64,000 nt of DNA from Sphagnum compactum. Taxonomy: Eukaryota. A program made the translations under genes and the position numbers. The notes under the pieces were generated by a model, which made no database searches, was not told the DNA's origin, and saw only the letters and a program-made list of their open reading frames with translations. Below are positions 23,986-36,000 of this stretch, piece after piece. Positions within the stretch are counted from its first letter, which is position 1; the number at the start of each line of letters is the position of its first letter. The stretch is taken from positions 15,242,213 through 15,306,212 of the forward strand of contig OZ234493.1 of assembly GCA_965153455.1 (NCBI GenBank). The letters are read 5' to 3'.

Positions 23986-26707
23986 TTAAAACCGCCTCTT
24001 CTCATAAGAAACCAAATCATGAACGCCACCTTCCTTCTGTGCAGCCCCTGTCCGGACCTGTTACACACAAGGAACAAAAGTGGCAATCAATGGCGCAAAT
24101 ATTTCAATGCATGTCAGGCTAAGCCAAATATGAATGATGTACCTTTTTCAACTTCTCCATTACAGCATTTCTGGCCTATTCCAAAATCATTTCTTTGAAG
24201 TATGTTTATGTTTCAGTACATGATCCTTGATTGACCACATTCCAAGATCTCCACCCCCACCCAACACCCCCACCCGACCAAAAACAGGGAAAATGACAAA
24301 CCTCTAGCCTGATTCCACCACTACGAAGAGCATCATGAGCAGCTCTGATCGAAGGAGTGCCCAGGTCTTGAAAGCCTTGTTTGACAGCATGTAGGGTGTA
24401 AGGGATAAGGCGCAATACTGAGCCTTTTGCAGCCACAGAGCCCGACACACCTTGAGCAATCTTGAGACGAGATTTATCTCCGAGGTAGCGTGCATCACTA
24501 CCCTTTGCCATTGCTTCCAAAGATCCCATTCCACGATATTTCTTAAGCCGTAGCCCATCCTGCACAACATATATGACCAGTACCAAACCAAGGAAGCTTC
24601 AGTCATCCCCTCAAACACCCAGACTAGAGAATCTGAGCTCATCAGAATGGCATGAAGCGCAATGCTAAAACTTTTCTTCATCTCTAAAATTTAGTCGATA
24701 GCTAAAGTCATTAGTATCCCCATTTAAGCTGCAGCAAGCTTGTGAGGCTAAGCTTCAAGTCATTTCAGTAAATGCTAAACTTCTCTACAACAGAGACTAA
24801 GGTCCAAAACTCTGCAATGAGTTCCTCCTCTCTGTGATGCTGAAACACAACAAAACCAAAACCAAAATGTGTGGGCCAAAAAAATACAATGAAAAAACAA
24901 AAAACAAAATCAAAGCCTACCTGGTTGAAGAAGTCACCAGGAGCCTCATCAGTGCCGGCAAGAAAACTGCCCATCATGACTGTAGATGCTCCCAAAGACA
25001 ATGCCTTAACCACATGCCCGGAATTGGCAATCCCACCATCTGCTATGATTGGTACTCCCATAGCATTGCCAACTGCTGCTGTCTTATAAACAGCTGTTCC
25101 CTGCAATAAAACTCCTCCCATCCAGCCACAAAGAGAGAGAGAGATTCATGAGCACATCCACCTGAATTACCAATTCGCAGCACAGTTGACGAGCAACCAT
25201 CACCCACCATCCTCTTCAAATCAACCACCATCTCTTAAACCCTAAACCAGCTGCTGCCTTATAAACAGCTGTTCCCTGAAACAAAACTCCTCCCATCCAG
25301 CCACAAAGAGATAGAGAGAGATTCATGAGCACATCCACTTGAATTACCAATTCACAACACAGCTGATGAGCAACCGCCACCTGCCATCCTCTTCAAATCA
25401 ACTACCATCTCTTAAACCCTAAACCACCACCACCTTCTTCAAAGCTAAAGAATCCACAACCCACCATAACCTGCTCCTCCGGAATGGACTGAAATGTTTT
25501 TTGTGTTACCAAAACTCTGAACCTTAGGTTTACATTTGCTTGCTTGCTTGATAGCTAGCTTTACAAGAATAAGAGAAGATTTAGGAGAGAGAAGGACACA
25601 GAGCAAAGGTTTTGGTTTTGAAGGTGGGGGAAGAAATCAAATCACCTGGCCTCTTCCCACGGCGCAAACTTCCTGTGTTGTGCAAATAGAACCAGAACCC
25701 ATGCCTACTCGCAATGCATCAGCTCCAGCTTCAATCAGATTTCTAGCCTGGTATGCAGTCACGACGTTACCAGCAATCACATCCAGCTGCGGATGCACCT
25801 TCTTCACGTACTCGATCATCTGTCGCTGATATATGGAATCGCCTTGTGAGCTATCGAGGATCACAACATTGACGCCGGCTTCCACCAGAAGCTTTAATCG
25901 AATTTGATCGCTTTCCCTAGTTCCAATTGCAGCACCCACAAGGAATTTCCCGTTTGCGTCCAGCGATGGTGAGCCTGATTCCGGATTCTCTCGACGTGCT
26001 TTCAAATCTGTCCTACAAAGTAGCTCGGAAAGCTCTCCGGACTCAGTTACCAATGGCAACAGACTCTTCTTACTTTGGATCAAGAGCTTGGATGCCTCCT
26101 CTAGACTCGCATCTGCGGGAGCAGAGATGATATCCCTGCTCATCACTTCACGCACCTCCGTACTTCGATCCAGTACAAAATCCGTATCCCTGCTTGTCAC
26201 TATACCCACAAGCTTGGAACCCACTTTGCCGTCTTCCGTGACAAGAACAGACGAGAATCCTTTCGTCTCCTTCAAGCGGTCGATGTGGGAGATGGGATCC
26301 CAAGGACACAGACAAACAGGATCCGGCACAAATGCCACTCGCTGCGACTTGGCTTTCTTCACGAGACTGGCTTGCACTTGTGGTTGGTTGTTGTAGTGAA
26401 TGAAGCCAATCCCACCCACTGTAGCCATGGCGGCTGCCATCGAAGATTCTGTCACGGTATCCATGGGCGACGACACACATGGGGTTCGCAGCTGAATGTT
26501 GCTGGTGAGACGGGTAGAGAGATCCACAGCATCTGTGGGGAAGTTGATGAAACCCGGGTGGAAAATGAGATCGTCGTAAGTATACGAGACTCCTTGCTTG
26601 AACAAAACCTCTGCTGAGAAACCATCCTCAACATCAACAAAAGCGAGCGGCAGTCCATTCATATCCGCTTCTGTTGCTGCTGCTTCGGCGTCGTGATTCT
26701 TCGCCAT
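23986..26707 (-). CDS. IMPDH: Inosine-5'-monophosphate dehydrogenase, ~523 aa. Coding exons 26707-25646, 25100-24921, 24559-24302, 24057-23986; probable 5'-UTR intron ~26893-26710
   Basis: Motifs [16 protein letters not shown], a CBS pair, DSSQG.S, catalytic [17 protein letters not shown]...[24 protein letters not shown] and C-terminal AQ.EGGVHDL.SYEK. Three phase-0 GT-AG introns. Confidence 0.97.
25073..25425. repeat. 175-bp tandem duplication spanning the IMPDH intron 1 / exon 2 boundary
   Basis: ttataaacagctgttccctg...ctcctcccatccagccacaaagag...tctcttaaaccctaaacc is present twice at an offset of 175 bp. Confidence 0.9.
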
Positions 26708-27054
26708 ACCTGAGACAAAAACAGCAACCCAAAACTCGAATGCTATGAATGAATGATTCGCACCCAATTCACAAGAAGTTACACACAACCTAAAACAAAC
26801 CACCCAATTCACAACAAGCAAAACACAACCCAAAACAAACGACAAATCGGAATCAAACCCAGCGGAAGTGAAAATGGGCGATGATGCACCCACCCATCTC
26901 GCAGCAGCAGCAGCAGCAACAGATCAGAGATTCCAAAATTTGATCTCATAAGCCAGGAGAGAGCTTCATTCACCACAAAAATGGCAATACACACAGACGA
27001 CCTTGTGACCTAAAACCCTATAAGGTCAAGTACCTAATAAGTATAATCTTAGGG

Positions 27055-27250
27055 TTTAGGGTTTAAGCACTGAGTTAATGAGTATCATCTTGTTTCTTTG
27101 GTAAAATGAAATTGGCTTCAAATACACAATCTCATGAACATCAAATCTTTCAAGCTTTTAGGGTTTAAGCATTATAGAGTATCATTTTCTTTCATGGTCA
27201 AATGAAATTGGCAACAGACTTCAATACACATTCTCATGCACACCACATTG
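27055..27250. repeat. ~100-bp degenerate tandem duplication carrying telo-box motifs upstream of IMPDH
   Basis: tttagggtttaagca...gagtatcat...aaatgaaattggc...aatacaca.tctcatg.acacca occurs twice. Confidence 0.7.
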
Positions 27251-29338
27251 ATCATGGTATATTCAACACAAGGCATGGTTTGAAATGAATTCAAGTTTGC
27301 AAGTTGTTTAGATATTTTAATTACTAATCATATGTTGAACATGGTACATGGAAGCATTTATTGTACATGAGGTTGTAGTGTGATATATAATATTGTACAT
27401 ACATTCTATATTGTGAAAAATGTCTTCATATCTTTTTATAAATGAGAGGTAGTAGGTGTTATTTTGTGGTGTTTGTCAAACTCTGAATTTTGGAATCTAA
27501 AACTTATTGTTTGTTAGATATGAAGAAATTTCTAATTTTGTTCACACTTTTTCTCCTTTGGACATGCTTGTCTTGTAAAGATGTAATTATCTCTGAAATG
27601 TTGAGAATTTTCATTGTGTCTCAATCAAGCCTTATGAAATCTACTAGGTAAACAACTCTTATATTATCTATCATTCACCTTGATTATGGACGACAAAGAC
27701 CTTAAGAACTCATCAAGATTTGGATAAAATTTTGTAAGTTGTTCACAATAAATAATAAGCTTTGGCCGCAATTCACCTTAGTAAAGTCTACATATGTACA
27801 CTTTCACTTAAATTTTATTATCAAGTCCAAATTGGGTATTAGGAACGAACTCAAGATGTAACCATTGCTTAATTTCATTATGATAAGCAACAATTTAAGT
27901 TGAAGTCTATTTTTTTTGGATAAATTTGTATAACAATATTCTTAATGTATTATGGGAACATTTGGATAAATTTAAAATGAATTTAATGAATATTCAATAC
28001 CTAAAAGAATATTTAAAAATGTAATTAATATTTTTCATTGCTTAAAGAACTTTTAAAAAAGACTTGAAATCATTTCTAAATGACATTTTTATGTGAAAGT
28101 TTTTATGTACACCTTTATGTAATAATATAATGTAACATATTCTTGGGTCACAAGAATTTTAAAAATAATATCAATTTGTAAATCATGAATAAATACCCTA
28201 TGAACCACTAATGTCCTATGCCCTTATGAAACTTCTATTTTTAAAAATCCATTAAATTTTGTAAAAGAGTTAAATTTGGTCAAACAAAAGCTCTTGAAAT
28301 GGACATAAATAAATCAAGTTCCCAAAGAAAAATTTGATTACAATTCCAACCACCATATGCATAGTAGACTTTTTATTTTTCAAATAAAACTTGAAAGTTG
28401 CAAAAAAATATAAATGCAACCTTCTAAAGAGAACAAGAGTTTCAACTCGCTACAAATCAATTTTCAAGGTTTTGAATTTTCATCCATCTACAAATATTGA
28501 TAGTTTAATATCCATTTTTGTTGTATTGACCAAGATTTTTTATTCGAATGGGTTTAGGGTTTTAGGGGTTTTCTTGTTTAGATGGGCAATTTTTGTGTAG
28601 CTAAAGATGGGGTCTAGTTCAAAGTTGTTAAGTAAATTACAATTGTTTGTTTTAAATCTTGGCTGCTATAATTGTCATTTAAAAAGGTTTATAATGTATT
28701 GCTGTCAATGTGGCTTTAAAGTAGATGGTTAGCTCAATTCAAGTTACAACTTTGCTTCATACTACTTTTTTAATTAGAAAAAAATGTTCCCTTGCCAAAT
28801 TTGGTTGGCTACGGTGTTTTGAAATGGTCAGCCTCAAAACCAAATTTCAAACTTAGGTAAAAAATTCAACCTACAATTTTGACAAACCCAAACTTAAAAA
28901 TTGAAAAACTTGAAAATGAAAACTACTTTCAGTGTGCTGAAAATGGGTGAAGATGGATTAAAGCCACTGTCTAAAACCAAGCTTCCATGTCTTGGGATTA
29001 AAGAAAAGCCTTAACTAACCCTAACCGACATCGCCAACCGATCTGAACATGATTAGAATCTCACACAAAGCAGCTCCTGTACATTGTAAACAGTTCCAAC
29101 ATCCTTACCACTTTTGCTGGTGTGAAATTGGAATGAGTTCCATCTTCACATCTTTATGGCTTTTCGCATTTGCAGTATGTAACTTGACTAATAGTTTTTA
29201 GAGGTGGAAGTTCCTCTTAAGTCTGAAACCATGACCCATTTTTGAATGTTTGTGACCAATATGGTGACACAAATAGCGTTTTCTGTAATGTCACCCTGTC
29301 TTTGCACCTCCTTTCACCCCCGCCCCATCCCTCTTTCA

Positions 29339-29431
29339 GTGGTATCTGCAAAGTAAGGAAATTTTATTATATCATCATTATGAAGTGTGGTATTCGCAAA
29401 GTAAGAAAATTTTATTATTCATCATTATGAA
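29339..29431. repeat. ~46-bp tandem duplication
   Basis: gtggtat..gcaaagtaag.aaattttattat.tcat(cat)tatgaa occurs twice. Confidence 0.8.
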
Positions 29432-29789
29432 ATGCTGAAACTCAGCATTTACCGCACAAGCTTGTCTAAAACCAAGCTTTCAAGGTTCGAGAATAATTAT
29501 AATAGTTGTACAGGTAAGAACAGTGAAAATATTTGTAAATATTTGTAGCAGCAATGGAGGCGCTCAGGAAACAGGAAAGACAGTATGAAACTCAGTTTAT
29601 CACCAAAATTGATGGTTTTTTTGAGTTTCACCTAATGCACTCAAATTTCCTTAACCCCCCATTTAGGGGTTTATGAGTTCAGGGTTTTAATACAGTAGGG
29701 AATTTTCCTACTATTTACAATTATTCCACATATGATAACTCAATTTGGTACCATTTACAAGAGTGATATTTATAAGGAGTCAGATGGAT

Positions 29790-29965
29790 CAACAAAATTC
29801 ATCACATCATTATCATCATCACCACCATCACCACAAGGAACATCCTCCGCCTGCACAACCCAATGCAACTTTTCTTCCAAATGCTGCAATGGAACTTGTG
29901 TCAACAACACCATGACCGATCCAAAGAATTGTGTTGTGGAAGATGTGGAAATACATTGTGTTTAC
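29790..29965 (+). pseudogene. STIG1-like cysteine-rich secreted protein fragment, frameshifted
   Basis: SSSPPSP...C.TQC..SSKCCNGTCVN.TMTDPKNC, then after a small indel CGRCGNT, matching the STIG1 pattern CC...CV....D..NCG.CG..C. No intact signal peptide or ORF. Confidence 0.6.
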
Positions 29966-32255
29966 TATGGGAGTACATATATGGAAATACATATAGTTCA
30001 CCAATCAATCAGCAGAAATAACTCTCATTCATATCAAGAAATTTCCAAATCTATTCCTTTTAAGTGAAAGAAAACTCCCAGATAAGAACTGAAAAACCAG
30101 GAAGAAGAAGAAGAATGAAACAAACAATAAAACCAGCAGTATGAACAGCAGTGACAGTCTCTCAGTTGTTCAGGAAATATTAACCGTAACATGTATGATA
30201 GTGACTAATCTATCGCGACATCAATCAGCAAAACTTAAATTGATATGATACATGTTCTCAAATCACTTTGGACAATATCATGTGCATTTGAAAGCAACAA
30301 TTACAACGTTCTCTAGTTTAGTAATTAACATTTCACAATCAACCACTTCGAAGAGTAGTTGACTCTGCAACAAGCACCTCAGCCAGCAAGCTTTTTAAGT
30401 CTTTCCCTCAAAGAGGCAGAGAAATGTTCACAGCAGAGAACAAATACTAGAGTAACTGGTGTAAAAACATGAGTCACATACCTCCAATCTGATCAAGTTT
30501 TGCTCACCAAATCAGCTACTAGTCTTGAGTACCTGCATCTTCACAGACCCAGCGTCCAGAAATAGAGATAAGTTGAGGTTGAAGCACCATTTCTTCAGTC
30601 ACAATCATTACCTTTCAGTCAAGAGTATGTGTCGAACAACTGTTGAAGACCCAGTTGCATATTTGCATGTGTTCCTTATGTCAAATTACTCATGAGCTCC
30701 AGGGAAATATATCTCTTCCAGTAATCCATGTGCTCAGGGAGCAGGCACCTCTGTCATTTGCACATAAGAGCTCGCACTTGCACCTGTGTCAAACAAATCA
30801 TACAGATGCTTCCAACCATGCTGAAGCCTTTACCTTATATTCAGAGTTACAAACTGCAGGAAATGATTCGAGTTTGAAAGGCTCAGAACAATATAAGCCA
30901 ATTCCCTTGTATCATTCCTGAGAAATGAATCCCATATAAGAATGGAAGAAAAGAAAAGTAGATTACGCTGTACAATACTAGACAAACATTGAGAAAACTG
31001 CCAAGTCCAAGCTCTTGGCAATGAAACATCCCATGGACATGCTTTGAGAGACAAGCAGTACATCTGAGGCTCAGAGATGAGCAGAAAGAGAGAGAGAGAA
31101 TTGCAATGAAATGAGACTAAGTCCACTGATGTCAAAGATTATTAGGTACAATATGACAAAAAGTACCAACAAAATCATATCAAAGCACCATCTGGTTTTG
31201 CAACTAGTCATCCTTATTCACTCTAGAAAGATCCCCTCCTCCTACTCACAGACTTTGCACCTACAAAGACCAGTGAGCAGAAAACTTATTAGGGAACTTT
31301 GTGGCCATGTGATGAAGAACTTGCTGTCTAAGTCAAAGTTCCACTCTTTCAGAGCCAACATGAATCTGCTTTGCTGACCTAAAACAGCACAATAACCTGC
31401 TTTTGATAGACACATGCTAGAGAGTTGCAAAACAAAGTAGCACCAAAACTTCATGGCCTCGCACAACACACATTCCATTGACAACAGGACATAATGTTCA
31501 AAAGTTTTTTTGCATTTGACATTTTTTTAATCCACGCACAATAATAAGACACAATGTCTCCTCTCTCAACCTTTCTTTAAGTAAGACCCTAGATATACTC
31601 ACTCACTCTCTTACAAAGTTGTCTGAAAACTTCAGTGGAACTAGGTATATGACATTGCACCCTTCCAGACTTTCAAATGCGCAGGTCTCAACATACAAGG
31701 GAATAATGGATGTTCACCACCTATCCCTGCTTTATTTGACAATATACAATTTGCGCCTCCAAACTATACAATGGTGTATGCAGATGGTGGCGGCCATGAC
31801 TCTAACAAGAAAGAATATGGAAATCACCCCTACTCAAGCTTCTCATTCATGAAGGGAACCTGAAAAAGGGGGCAAGTTGAGACAGCAGTGTTGTTGATGT
31901 CCAAAATTGTTGTCTTTCTTCTAGCAGCACCGCTCTGGCTAGTTCGTCATATGCAGATGCACGAAAAAAAATTGCATATGTCTTGTGCTGGACCTTGCTC
32001 ATCTGAGAAGGAGGGTGGCTCTCTCCGGTGCATTGGAAAAACACTAAACATGCCTTTTCCAGATTGTGAACACTAGTTGTGTTCTTAAAAGCAACAGCTG
32101 AAAGCCTTTGTTTTTTACTTGATGAAAACTGTCCCTCCAAGAACTTTGCAGATGAGCAGCTCTCTTTGCTTGTTGGGTTGCTCGCAAAAAGGTCCAGCAT
32201 GCAACAAAGACAAATATATCAGAGAAAAGAAATAAATTGCTGGCTACAAAAATCT

Positions 32256-34190
32256 CTATTCTTCGCCTCTGTGATGGCGTTGCAATGACTCCTGTCTCTG
32301 CAATCTGATCTGTTGCCGAAAATTTGCAAGAAAAGCCTCCACTCTCTGATTGACATCATCCTCTGCTGGCTTTGAATCTGTCTCCTCATTTGCTGCACTC
32401 ACTGCTGCAACTCTCGGAGAACTTGTTGCAGACGGCATGGAATCTGTTGTGACCTTTCCTACCACCAATTCACCATTCCGTGATTGATTACCTGCTGCTG
32501 CTGCCTTCATTGCTAAATAAGATTCTCCTTCATATTTCTGAGCTGCAGATGTGGAGCCCTTTGCAGGTACCGACATAGGCTCTCCAGTGTGATGTGAATC
32601 AGGGTGGGAAGGTGGCTTCCTCCCAGAACTCTGCTTACGGCTTCGACTTGTGCGAACTGAATGTGGTTTGCGGGTCACAATGGGAGACAGATTCACTTCA
32701 ACAGGAGCAATTACATTGGCATCCAGTGGAGAATCTTGAGTAGGTGGGGTAAGAAGAGGGGGAGGTGGAGGGGGCCAAGCAGTAGGAGTGGCAGGCGGAG
32801 AATCTGGTGGTGGGGGTGGAGGAGAAGCTATAGGAGTAGCAGGGGAGGAATCCTCCACTGGGGATTCAGGGCCATCATCATCCACAGGAGAGCCTGGGGG
32901 ACTACTACTCCGAAGGGGAAGGGCAAGAGGTGATCTGATTACCACAGATTCATGAACAGCTGCCACAGGGGAGGCCACAGGAGGAGTGCAGGGAGGAGCA
33001 GGGGTTGATGGTCGAGTGGAAGCAGGGGTTGCAGGTCGAGTTGAAGAAGGGGTAGGGGGACGCATGGTGCTTACAGAATGCATTTCCCGGACAAAGGCAG
33101 GTGCTAGAGATGGACTGGAAGGAGGAGACAATGTAACTACATCACTATGGGGCATGGTGGGAGATGCAAGGAGGTCATGATCAATCACATGGGTAGTAGA
33201 GATGGGGCTTGGAGTTCGAGGAGGAGGTTCAAAAGAGCGAGCAGAAGTTGGACGAGGGGAAGGAGATGCAGGAATCTCGAGTGGTGATACTGCAGGTGCA
33301 GCAGCAGAAGAAGTGGTCACAGAGTAGGCAGGAGGAGCAAGGGAAGAAGAAGAAGTAGGAGGATACTCATGCTCAAACACAGGTACAGCAACAACAGGGG
33401 GAGGCCTTCTTGCTGCAAGATGATCCCGGAAGCTGTTACTGCTGCTCATAACTGGAATTTGTTGGAAGCTGATGTTGTTGTTGCTGCTGTTGCTCATCAT
33501 CAGTGGTTCATGGGGCCGAGCGAAGTAAGCTTCGCGTTCCATACTTTGGGTGGCAGAGATCTTGGCAGCAGGATTTAGGGTTTCATGTCGTGGAGAAGGG
33601 GAGGAAATGCTCCTGCCAAGTCCTCCACGATGCAACTCATTCTCAAATCTGGATGAGACGTCACGCTTGAGATAGACAGGAAAAGGTCTGACAGCAGGGA
33701 AATCACGAACAGGGAAAGAAGGGACAGGAGCGGGAGTAGGGATTAAGAGAGGTCTAACGCTTTCTCCCACCGAGAAAATATCAGGCATACGCAGAGCTGC
33801 TTCTCGCTGAACTACCGTAACATGTCTCTGATGAACATCTCCTCTGTCGTACAAACCTCGAGAAGAAGAAGAAGAAGAAGATTGTGCCCCATTTAGAACG
33901 CCCGAAGTCGCCACAATAATCCCCACCACAAGGAAAACGAAACAGATCGACGGAGTGCACCATTCTGCCATCAATTCCTTCATTCGCAAAACAGATTCTG
34001 GGGGAGGAACATAGCTCATCACCATCGGCAGCAACGCAACTATGAAAAACAATATACTCTTCATCACCGTCTCCACTAACTTGGTGATACGCCACGATGT
34101 TGGCTCCTCCATCACCTTCTTCGCATCATCAATCTCTCCAAATTGTCTTCTGTAGTGAATGTTCCCCGGACCCGACCACACGTCTTCCAT
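32256..34190 (-). CDS. Proline/serine-rich membrane protein with C-terminal DUF761 (cotton-fibre-expressed / PADRE-like) motif, ~644 aa, single coding exon
   Basis: Long uninterrupted ORF with N-terminal hydrophobic segments (ILFFIVALLPMV; EWCTPSICFVFLVVGIIVATSG, DUF4408-like), a Pro-rich middle and C-terminal EDDVNQRVEAFLANFRQQIRLQRQESL. First ATG is at 34190; later Mets are alternative starts. Confidence 0.85.
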   Translation of the reverse strand: MEDVWSGPGNIHYRRQFGEIDDAKKVMEEPTSWRITKLVETVMKSILFFIVALLPMVMSYVPPPESVLRMKELMAEWCTPSICFVFLVVGIIVATSGVLNGAQSSSSSSSRGLYDRGDVHQRHVTVVQREAALRMPDIFSVGESVRPLLIPTPAPVPSFPVRDFPAVRPFPVYLKRDVSSRFENELHRGGLGRSISSPSPRHETLNPAAKISATQSMEREAYFARPHEPLMMSNSSNNNISFQQIPVMSSSNSFRDHLAARRPPPVVAVPVFEHEYPPTSSSSLAPPAYSVTTSSAAAPAVSPLEIPASPSPRPTSARSFEPPPRTPSPISTTHVIDHDLLASPTMPHSDVVTLSPPSSPSLAPAFVREMHSVSTMRPPTPSSTRPATPASTRPSTPAPPCTPPVASPVAAVHESVVIRSPLALPLRSSSPPGSPVDDDGPESPVEDSSPATPIASPPPPPPDSPPATPTAWPPPPPPLLTPPTQDSPLDANVIAPVEVNLSPIVTRKPHSVRTSRSRKQSSGRKPPSHPDSHHTGEPMSVPAKGSTSAAQKYEGESYLAMKAAAAGNQSRNGELVVGKVTTDSMPSATSSPRVAAVSAANEETDSKPAEDDVNQRVEAFLANFRQQIRLQRQESLQRHHRGEE

Positions 34191-35279
34191 CACGCCTGTG
34201 CTATTATTGCTGCAGAAGGCAGCACCAACACAGTCCTTACAAGCCCCAGCTGCACCCGGAACAATGCACACTCGCTACAGGATTGCTACAGGCGAGGAGG
34301 AGGATCCAGATCTTGGAGTACAGAAATCAACGCATCTAGAACTGGAAGCAAGTGGAGATTTGAATCAGACTAGGACACAACGATAGCAAGGAAGAGAACA
34401 AAGCGAAAGAATCCGAGACGCAGAAAAAGCTCTCACGGAATCACAGAACAGGGAATCGGTGACAAAGGAAAGTGCAGTAGAATGGATGCTTTACCTCACA
34501 GCCAGAAGAGACAGCAACAGTGGCAGCAATGTCGTTGAGAGAAGGGGGAGTATGGAAACCAACGCAGACGGTAAAGTGCAATCGAAGGACTTAGCGTTTG
34601 CTGCTGCGGCGTCTACAGATGATTGCAGCAGATGTTGTTGTATACAGAGGATGACTGTAAGCGGCGTGCAAAAGGCGAGAACAATCTGCAATCGCAGATC
34701 CCGATCATCGGAGAATCTGACCTCCCAGAACAGATGATGCGCGTCTTCTCAAGTGCGTCGTGGCCGAGGGGGGAAAGGGAAAGAGACAATGGGGACAGAG
34801 ACGCTGGAACTGACGGCAGATCTTTCCTGAGACAAAAATGGCTTTGATCTTCCAAATAACTCTTTGAGACACAAGAAGCGAAAGCAAAGGAGACGTCCAC
34901 CTTCTTCACAAGAAGAAGAGCACTGATGAGATAGAGAAAACCAAAAGAAAGCAGCGAAATCCTAAGACCTCAGACAGACGCATCAGATCCAAAACAAAAC
35001 AAAGAGACGCCGAGGACACATAGAAACTGATATTGTTTTTTTTGTGGTTTTCATAGAGGCCTGTCTCCCGAAGCTATCAAAGCACGGAAAACAAAAAAAC
35101 AAATGAACAAGAGAAAGCGACCTAAGGAAGAATCTTGTTCTTCGTCTTCCTTCCTCTTCGGATATCACAGACAAGAGACGGAGACAAAGACAGAGACACA
35201 CACGCACAAAACAAACTCACCTTTTCTAAACCTAAAGAAAAAACGGACACAAACAAGAACAAACAAGAGACTCTCCACT

Positions 35280-35930
35280 CACACAACAACAACAACAACA
35301 ACAACAGCAACTAACAAAATCATCATCGTCTTCAAATGACTATGGTCTTCAAAGAAACATGAGAGTAGAAGAACACAACCACTCACTCAAGACGACGCGA
35401 AACAACAAAAAAAAAAACGCAACAAAATTTCCTTCTTTTTCTTTTCCAAATGGCTGTGCTCTTCAAGAAACACACGAGAGGAGGAGAAAAACAACAACAA
35501 CAACAACAACAACACTGTTAAGAAGACAAAAACAAACAAACAAGTGTGGTTGATTGATAGGGCAAATGGATCAATAAAGAAGAAAAAGAAGAAGAAGAGG
35601 ATTGCAATGGACGAAGGAGTTCATCATCATCATAAGCAGCACGAACTCAAAACCGGACAAGATCTCCTCCTCCTCCCCACTAAAGCAGCTCACTACTAAA
35701 ACTACTACTATTGCTACGGCTACTGCACCTACTACTACTACTACTGCTGCTACTCATTGTTGTTCACGCATCAATCCCTCCTGCTTGTTGCTTTGGTGCC
35801 TTCTTCTTCCTCCATGCGGGTTTTTCTTCGACGAGAAGAAGGAGAAACAGGACAAGAAGAAGAAGAAGAGCAGCTCAGATTCCGGCGCACAAACCACAGC
35901 GGCAGCAAACTGAAAGAAAAGAAGAAGAAA
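35280..35930. repeat. Cluster of trinucleotide microsatellites (CAA, CTA, GAA) in the probable 5' leader of the DUF761 gene
   Basis: (caa)n at ~35285 and ~35492, (cta)n at ~35690-35750, (gaa)n at ~35855-35930. Confidence 0.75.
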
Positions 35931-36000
35931 CAAGAGAAAGCACACAAGGCAGAGCCTCCAACCCAATTATGAGCAGCGCACACTGCCTGCCTGCCTGCCT

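Noticed and set aside
26708..26893. 62-aa hydrophobic N-terminal extension of IMPDH in the ORF track
   Set aside because: It begins at a GT donor-like site and ends at ctcag|GT ATG. It is T-rich and best explained as a 5'-UTR intron.
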